Source: the human T2T-CHM13v2.0 reference genome, Homo sapiens
Length of the DNA: 64,000 nt
NCBI RefSeq assembly: GCF_009914755.1
Contig: NC_060934.1
Strand: one strand, 5' to 3'
A program made the position numbers and the translations under genes. The first letter of the stretch is position 1. Each line of letters opens with the position of its first letter. Under the pieces are notes generated by a model. It saw only the letters and a program-made list of their open reading frames with translations. It made no database searches and was not told the DNA's origin. Positions 52,801 to 64,000 of this stretch are shown here, one piece after another.

Positions 52801-54098
52801 CCACCCAAATTATAAAATTCCCTCAGCTCTTGGGGAAGTTAAATTTAACCTCAGAAAAAACATAAGCTGAATACATGGAAAATATCAATTTGGATGCAAA
52901 GCTCTATCAGTTCACCAAAGAGGAAAACACGACTGGATTATAATGTTCCCACACTTAACTCCACAGAATTCACTGCCTACTTAGAGTTCACTCCCGATAG
53001 AAGTCATCACAAACTAGTTGATACAGATCTGAGACTGTTCTATTTTTAAATTAAATAACTCGCATAAGAGGACACCAACCAGGGCCAACTGAAGTCTCGT
53101 AGAACAGATCTATTTTTAAAACAGAAAGTAGCTTGCCATAGGAGAAATAACAGGGTTGGGGTTATTAGGAAGCAAATTTTTTTAAGCTATCTTCCGCATA
53201 AAATTCACTTGAAAACACTAACACTGAATACAATTGTTTGACTGACATGAAGGTATATCACATTAAAGGTAAAACAAAACGAAGCAACAACCTTCCATTG
53301 ATATTCAGCAGAAATGCCTATATGAATAGGCTAATTTTATTTTTAAGGTTAGGATGTCATGCACTTACTGTAATTTACACTGCTAGTTGGCAAGTTAAAA
53401 TAGTTACTAAATCTTACTAACAGCATTCCCTTGATACCATTCATCAATGTTTAAAATACTTGTAAAAGTGAAAGACAAATCCACAGGCAAATAAGCTGTT
53501 CTTTCTGAAAACAAAGGAATCTTTAGAGCTAAGTGAAACACTGAGATGCTGTGCCCTCTTCCTCCACCTGTGGCAAGGGTTTCCCCTGAGACACCTAGCC
53601 AGTTCACAGCATAGCTGGTACCAGAAGCAATTCTACCAACTGCTCTGAAGAGCTTTCTTTGCACTACACCAGTATCTCCCAGAGAATGTCAAGTTAGCAG
53701 TGAAATTTGAGATGATATTCAATGGTAAACAAACTTGTCCTTAATAGTTATGTATTTACTTTCAATTTGAAAAAGAAAAAAGTAACTAGGCTCCATCAGG
53801 TGCATTTCATGAAAACTTCCCTGTGGGGTTTTGGTATTTACTTTGCACTACTTTGTGCAAATGCCATCAGAGAAGGGAACAGTACAAAGAGAGTGAGAGG
53901 GAATAGGTGGCCATTCTTCTTCCCACAGAGCTGGCATTGCCTTAGGCTAAGGACGGTCTTGTAGTTAGTTCCACCACATCCACCAGTACTCTTTCATTCT
54001 CCTGCTTGCCCACTATCTCAAGTGATGTTCCTGGGGCCCTAAACTTCTAGGCCATAGAAAAGATTTACAAATACTAAAGCCTCAGCGTATAATTGTAT

Positions 54099-54463
54099 TG
54101 ATATGGTTTGGCTGTCTCCCCACCCAAATCTCATCTTGAATCCTATAGTTCCCACAATTCCCACCTGTTGTGGGAGGGATGGGTGGGAGGTAACAAATCA
54201 TGGGGGCAGGTTTTCCTTGCACTTTTTTTATGATAGTGAATAAGTCTCATGAGATCTGATGGTTTTATAAACGGGAGTTTCCCTGCACAAGTTCTGTTAC
54301 TCTCTCTTGTTTGCCACCATGTAAGATGTGCCTTTCTCCTTCCACCATGATTGTGAGGCGTCCCCAGCCATGTGGAACTGTGAGTCCATTAAATCTCTTT
54401 TTCTTTAGTAAGTACCCAGTCTCAGGTGTGTCTTTATCAGCAGCATGAAAACAGACTAACACA
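54099..54463 (+). mobile_element. THE1 (THE1B-like) solo LTR
   Basis: TGATATGGTTTGGCTGT...AGACTAACACA; TSD tgtat/agtat. Confidence 0.92.
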
Positions 54464-55786
54464 AGTATGTATAAAAGTCATTAAGTTTTATAAAATGTCT
54501 TGGTATTTTTAATGTGATGAAAGCATCTGAAGAAACATGTTCTATATATTAGGCTTCTAGTCTTCTTTGAGTCTTCATATTGAAAAATGATCACAGTGAC
54601 ATTGGTACATCTTCTTACAGCAACTGGAAATTCAGATAGGTGTGGGGCATAAGGTGAAGCAGAATGAGATTGTGAATTGAGTTGCAATTTCCAACCCATC
54701 CTCAAATATCTACAATGATTTTTGCCATATCTAATGATCATTTGTAAATTAAGATAGAAATTTTTAAACCTAGCTTAACTGTAAGCAATACTCTTTGTGA
54801 CAGTATGGTTTTGATACACTAGATTCATTTTTGACAATGCATTGAACACTTCAACCAGGTCCATAGCAGGATTTTCCTGTTTTGTTCCGAGTTTTCTTTC
54901 TTTCCTGGTTATTCAGCCATATGCCCATTAAAATACAATGATATAATAAAAGTATATTAGTAAAATAGGGAGACACAGAATGTTCAAAGACACATAGCTG
55001 TTAAATGCATGGTTTGCTTTTTGTTTATTTACTTCCTTGAACCTTTGCATTTTTGTTGGTATGGTTTTTTGAGCAGTGTAATTTTCTTTCACTGGGCTAA
55101 CAATTTTCTCTAGAGGCCCAGTGATATTTACATGACAGATATACATTCTTTTGTGAGGTGAGGAACTGATGAGTCATTCCTTTGATCTTCCCTAAATCCA
55201 TGTGTTTTACTTAATAATAATAAAGATCCTAAATGATTTTAAAAGAATGATGATGATAGAATCTAAAGATATTCCCTTGCTTTGTAAAAGGTAATTTCCA
55301 GCAATGCTCATATTAAAATGACTAAGAACTAAGGCTGCTTATATTTGAGTCCACAGTGAAATGGGGTCAGTAGTTCTGCTTGGCTTTCTTTTATTGCTGT
55401 GGAAAAGTCGTACAAAAGATGGACAGATACAGCTCCACTGGAGTTCTTTATTATCAAATATCCATCCAACACAGCAGCTTTCCAACTCTCCATATTCCAA
55501 CAACATAGAACTATCAAGACCCTTATTTGTTCATCTCCTAAAATAAAAGGGATTAGAAAAGGAATTAGATTTCTTAAAATTTTAACTTAAATGATATTTC
55601 CTAGTATCTTAAAACTTTTTTCTAATCTTAATGGTACCTTGCCTAAGACCAACATGATATAATGATGAGTACGTCTGGATATCTCTTACCTTTTATTTGG
55701 TTTTGCTTAATAATTGTTGGCATAGATGCCTGAAATCATTTGTTCAAGGAACAGGAGAAAAAAAAATGAGCTTAAAAGATTTTTCT

Positions 55787-56203
<417 letters not shown>

Positions 56204-58160
56204 TTATGCAAGCTGTTCTAAGAAGCTCCTGCCTTATTTGTACCCTCACCTGTGACATCAAAATATTGTCTCAGCCCCATGATCAAAAATGATACTGACA
56301 TTAAAACCAGGACCAGGTTCTAGCCAATGATATTTTCATCATGTCATTATTAACCCTCAGAGTAGTTGGAAGTCATAATTATAAAGTTAAGGTAAAATCC
56401 TTAATTTTAAAATAAGTGTATACTGATTGTCATATAGTCTTCTGGATTTGTCATGGTCCTTGACCCAAGTTTCTCCAACCAAATAACTGAGAACACATAT
56501 TCCTCTTAAAGTGACAGACTGCAGGACGTCAATCCTTTTATAATTATCCTTTAATTATTTGTAATATTGATGCTTTTGACACACAAATATGCCCCTAATC
56601 TTAAATGATTCGTACATTTAAGACATGGTAAAATGATTCCGAAAATCCTATAAGAATCAGCAGTGAAAATGACATTCCTCTGGAGTTTACCATTCATTAT
56701 CAATCTAAACATTCCTCAATGAGGTATAAGGATGTGTGTTTGCTTATAACCTCATCAACATAAGTTAGCAACAATCTTTTGTCATATTTACCAAATTGAT
56801 AAGAAAAAAATATTATGCTGTGTTTTAATTTGCATTTCTTTGGCTGGTAGAACACTCTTCATATTTCTTCACATTCTTCATATTCACTAATAACGTCCAT
56901 TACTTATTTTCTATTTTGTAAATTTTATTTTCATAACTATGCTTAGTCTATCAAGATAATCAATGAGGATGGACTTATTTTTAAGTCTAAGAAACAGAGG
57001 ACTAAAGAAGACACAGCCTCTATTCTAAATCAAAGTGAGAAATGAATAAGTGATTGGAGAGCCACAGGTGATATCTAAATAAGCTTCTATAAAGTCCTGT
57101 TCAGATGACAGCCAGCATATAAACACCATGGTTTCTTTGGTATACTGTCTTTAGCTAACTCAAACCTACCACTGCTATTATAAACATATTCAAATTTTGC
57201 CCTTTTCTAACCACCTCTATAAAAGAATTTTAAAATAAGAATTTTCCATGTAAATTAAAGTTAGCTTGAGACAATGATTATATGATTCTGTATGAAAATT
57301 TATTTATCCTCTGGGATTATTCACTACAAAATCCTCCAAAGTTATTAAGAAATCTCTCCAAATAATTAACCTCAGTATACAAGTATTCTTTATTATTTAA
57401 CTCTTGTAACATAGTGTATAAAATTTTTTTTTCACTAAAACAAACCCAACTTTTATACTGACTTTGACTTACAAACTAAAGATATGCTCACTCAGAAACT
57501 GAAAATGTCCCCAAATAACTGAAAAGAACACCTTCGCAGGGAATCTGGTCTAGCCCAGCTGGCCAGGCATTTTTCAGGCTTGAAGGGTGGAAAAAATTAT
57601 GAAAGAAATGAACTACAAGCTTGCTTTCTCTACCTATAAGGGAGAAGACAGAGTAGTCAAAGAGGGTCACATCTAGGTCCAGGCAAACTTTTATCATCTT
57701 TGAAAATGCTATCCCCAATATTCTGATGCAGTACAATATTCTGAAACTTAATAAACATGCATAGCCTGTAAGCTCCTGGAACAAAGCTTATATCAACTCA
57801 TATGTATGTCTTATGTGCCAGCACAGGGCCTGGTACAGATGAGGTGCATTATAAATACCATCTGAATCAACAAATTGACAAGCAACAGAGTTACAGAGTT
57901 TTGTGTCATGCTGGACATTGTCCTACACTAAAAGTGTCATTCTGTCTAAAAACTGAAGCCCCATTTTACACTTTGATGTGGTGTGAGAGACAGCATTGAC
58001 ATAGAAACCTCAGCAGGCCATTTCTCGCACACCACCAAAATATAAAGGTCGTTCATAATGTGCATTTATCTGATGATTAGGGGTACCAAGCATCTTTACA
58101 CACATCTGTTCAACATTTGTATGTCTGCTTTTGAAAACTGCCTATCCAGGTATTTTGCCC

Positions 58161-58474
<314 letters not shown>

Positions 58475-58575
58475 ATTTTGCCCATTTTTTAATCAGGTTA
58501 TTTGCTTTTTTGCTGATGAGTTGTTGGAATATATTTTAGGAATTGGAAGCCAACATGAGAAAAGGCTGCAGCTTA

Positions 58576-59020
58576 CTATTCACAATAGCAAAGACTTGGA
58601 ACCAACCCAAATGCCCATCAATGATAGATTGGATAAAGAAAATGTGGCACATATACACCATGGAATACTATGCAGCCATAAAAAAGGATGAGTTCATGTT
58701 ATTTGCAGGGACATGGATGAAGCTGGAAACCATCATTCTCAGCAAACTAACACAGGAACAGAAAACCAAACATGGCATATTCTCACTCATAAGTGGGAGT
58801 TCAACAATGAGAACGCATGGACACAGGGAGGGGAACATCACACACTGGGGCTTGTCAGGGGTTGCGGGGCTAGGGGAGGGATAGCATTAGGAGAAATACC
58901 TAATGTAGATGATGGGTTGATGGGTGCAGCAAACCACCATGGCACATGTATACCTATGTAACAAACCTTCATGTTCTGCACATGTATCCTGGAACTTAAA
59001 GTATAATAATAATAAGAAGA
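58576..59020 (+). mobile_element. L1PA (PA6/7-like) 3' fragment
   Basis: ORF2 C-terminal remnant (LFTIAKTWNQPKCPS...) and 3'UTR; perfect 18-bp TSD agaaaaggctgcagctta at 58558-58575 and 59021-59038. Confidence 0.95.
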
Positions 59021-59090
59021 AGAAAAGGCTGCAGCTTATCCAGAACCACAAAGTGACCTTGAGGCAGTACATCTATCTGAGGCAGTACAT

Positions 59091-59382
59091 CTTCCTGAGG
59101 CATTTCTACTGAAGTTCCAATTGTTTCCTGAATTTTCCTTCCTTCCTCTCTTTCTGTCTGAAACTCAATGATGCCCTCATATAATTAGATTTGTACACAT
59201 TCCCAATCCAGTTTGACAAATATTCATTATTCCTGTAATATGTGCCAGAGTTGAGCAAAGGGCTGAAGAGGCCAAGGTCACCAAGGCCCAATGGGACTTC
59301 AGGCAGATGTACCACCTCAAGGTCACTATGTGGCTCTGGACAAGCCACAGCCTTTTCTCATGTTGGCTTCCGATTCCTAAAA
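59091..59382 (+). repeat. ~290-bp direct duplicate of 61448-61733
   Basis: Hand alignment ~88% identity with two small gaps. Confidence 0.95.
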
Positions 59383-60241
59383 TATATTATTTTTATATAA
59401 TATATTATATAAAATATAAATATATTGATTCCTTCTACATTTTGGATATGAGCCCATTTTCAGATGTATAGTTTGCAAATATATGTTCCCATTCCGTGGG
59501 TTGTCTTTTTGTCTGTTGACTGCTTCCCTCACTGTGTAGAAGCTTCTTCGTTTGATCTTATCCCCTCACTCCAGTCACAGTGGCTACTATCAGAATAGCA
59601 AAAGATAACAAGTGTTAGTGAAAATGTGGAGAAAAGATTGCTGGTAGGACTCTAAATTAGTACAGCCATTATGGAAGGAGCAATATGGAAGTTCCTAAAA
59701 AAATTAAAAATAGGACTACCATATGATCCAACAATCCCACTACTAGGTATATATCCAAAGGTTATAAAATCAATATGTTGAAGAGATATCTGCAATCCTA
59801 GCTCATTGCAGCACTATTCACAATAGTCAAGATATGGCATCAGCCTAAGTATCTATCAGCAGATAAATGGATAAACTGTGGTACATATGCACAATGGAAT
59901 ACTATTCAACCATAAAAAAAGGATGAAATCTTGTCATTTGCAGCAATGTGGATGAATCTGGAGAACATTACCTGAAGCGAAATAAGCCAGGCACAGAAAG
60001 AGAAATACTATGAGATCTCACTCATATGTAGAATCTAAAAAGTTATTCTCATAGAAGTAGAGAGTAGAATAGTGGTTACCAGGGATAGGGAAGAAAAGAG
60101 GGAAGGGGGATAGTGAGACATTGATCAACGGTATAAAGCTATAGTCAGATAGGAGGAATAAGTTCTGGTGGTTTATTGCATAGCAGGATGATTAGAGCTA
60201 AGAACAATGTATTATATATTTCCATATAGCTTACAGAGAGG

Positions 60242-60620
60242 TTTTTTGTTTTTTTTTTTTTTTTTTTTTTTGAGGTGGAATCTCGTTCTGTCACCCAGGC
60301 TGGAGTGCAGTGGCGCTCCAGTTCTGTCACCCAGGCTGGAGTGCAGTGGAGCTCCAGTTCTGTCACCCGGGTTGCAGTGGCACGATCTTGGCTCACTGCA
60401 ACCTCCGCCTCCGGGTTCACGCGATTCTCCTGCCTCAGCCTCCTGAGTAGCTGGGATTACAGGCGCATACTACCATGCCTGGCTAATTTTTTGGGTATTT
60501 TTAGTAGAGACAGGGTTTCACTATGTTGGCCAGATTGGTCTCGAACTCCTGACCTCGTGATCCACCTGCCTTGACCTCCCAAAGTGCTGACATTACAGGC
60601 ATGAGCCACGGCGCCCAGCC
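60242..60620 (-). mobile_element. AluS with an internal 36-bp tandem triplication, nested in L1MA
   Basis: Units start at 60285, 60321 and 60357. Confidence 0.93.
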
Positions 60621-61072
60621 ACAGAGAAGTATTTTAAATGTTCTTATCATAAAGAAGTGATGTTTATGGTGATGATATGTTAGTTTTCCTAATTTGATCT
60701 TTACACAGTTTACACATGTATGGAACCATCACATTGTACCCCCAAAATATGTATGATTATGTGTCAGTCATTTTTAAAAAGATGATGGTTCTTATTATCT
60801 TAAACCTTCCCTTTCCTTAACCTTAGCCCATCTCATCCTAATTATGACCAACTCCCTCTACCTCCACTTCTTACCAGAAGTTCAGAGGTAGGTGAGAGGA
60901 AGATTGGGAATTAGGGTTAAGAGGTCCATAGGCTGGACCAATTACTTGGTTGTTTTTAAGCTAAATAGTAAATGGCTTATTATTAAGATGACATCAGAAT
61001 AGCTATCTGGTGTCAAAACTACGTCATCAAAATGTCCTTAGCATTTTGATTATGGAAGGAACAATAAGCACG

Positions 61073-61383
61073 AGTCTGGGTGTAATGGCTCATGCCTGTA
61101 ATTCCAGCACTTTGGGAGGCCAAGGCAAAAGGATTGCTTGAAGCCAGGGGTTCAAGGACAGCCGAGGCAACAAAGAAAGACTCTGTCTCCACCAAAAAAA
61201 ATTAAAATTAGCCAGGTGTGGTGGCAAGTGCCTGTAGTCCCAGCTACTCAGAAGGCTGAGGCTAGAGGATCACTTGAGCCAGGAGTTTGAGGCTGCAATG
61301 AGCTATGATTGCACCACCATACTCCAACCTGGGCAATAGAGCAAGACCCCATCTCCTAATGAAAACAACAACAACAACAAAAA
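61073..61383 (+). mobile_element. AluJ with (AAC)n tail
   Basis: gaggatcacttgagccaggagtttgaggctgcaatgagctatg. Confidence 0.93.
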
Positions 61384-61809
61384 TGAAGAGCATCAAAGTG
61401 TACAAAAGACACATAACAAAGCCATGTAGTTCCTCTAATCTACACCTTTCCTGAGACATTTCTACTGAAGTTCCAATTGTTTCCTGAATTTTCCTTCCTT
61501 CCTCTCTTGTTGTCTGAAACTCAATGACATCTTCACGCAGTTAGACTTAGACATTCCCAATCCAGTTTGACGAATATTCATTAAGTCTCTAGTATGTGCC
61601 AGAGCCAAGCAAAGGGCTGATGAGGCCAAGGTCACCAAGGCCCAGTGGGACTGGTAGATGTACTGCCTCAAGGTCACTACGTGGCTCTGGACAAACCTCA
61701 GCCTCTTCCCATGTTGGCTTCCGATTCCTAAAACGAAGGGGCATTGGGTGTCCTTCAAGATCTCTAAAGTCCTGTTTTAGTTCTAAAATTTTCTGATCCT
61801 GTGACAGTC

Positions 61810-63689
<1,880 letters not shown>

Positions 63690-64000
63690 TGTATTAGTCC
63701 ATTTTCAAACTGCTATACAGAAATATCCAAGACTGGGTAATTTATAAAGGAAAGATGCTTAATTGACTCACAGTTCTGCATGGCTGGGGAGGCCTTGGAA
63801 ACTTACAATCATGGTGGAAGGAGAAGGGAAAGGAAGGACTTTCTTCACATGGCAGCAAGAGAGAGAAGAAAGCATGTGTAGAAGGAACTATCACTTATAA
63901 AGCCATCAGATCTTGTGAGAACTCACTCACTCTCAAGAGAACAGCATGGGGGAAACTGCCCCCATGGTCCAATCACCTCCCGCCAGGTTTCTCCCTAAAC
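63690..64000 (-). mobile_element. MSTA-like LTR (runs off the window)
   Basis: tgtattagtccattttc...gactgggtaatttataaagg...aattgactcacagttctgcatggctggggaggcc. Confidence 0.9.

Noticed and set aside
58543-58884. 113-aa ORF
   Set aside because: L1 ORF2 C-terminal remnant read in from flanking sequence; 5'-truncated copy.
60285-60387. CRISPR-like 36-bp repeats
   Set aside because: Head-to-tail Alu-derived units with no spacers, in a primate genome.

Overview
Primate (human-like) AT-rich, CpG-depleted genomic DNA. The only coding sequence I can support is a 63-nt minus-strand exon at 49207-49269 encoding MSEEPKEKNAKPAHRKRKGKK and ending in a GTAAGA donor. I recognise it from memory as the alternative first coding exon (exon 1e) of ANK3/ankyrin-G. 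Positions 1-49206 are therefore its downstream intron, and the region above ~49.7 kb is promoter/upstream sequence. The rest is mostly interspersed repeats (Alu, L1, THE1/MST/MLT1 LTRs, Tigger1, MER1/5/20/46, MADE2, L2/MIR) and microsatellites; subfamily labels are by eye. The supplied ORFs are repeat-derived or chance. Best leads: (i) a 34-codon uORF whose stop overlaps the ANK3 start (ATGA), plus two short uORFs; (ii) a gap-free ~268-bp inverted duplication at 8.9-9.85 kb with an identity gradient; (iii) a locally templated fold-back insertion with ~85-bp terminal inverted arms at 58.5-59.4 kb, dated by a nested L1PA; (iv) several other snap-back hairpin scars; (v) consensus splice signals antisense to exon 1e. 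I found no evidence of a novel multi-gene system.
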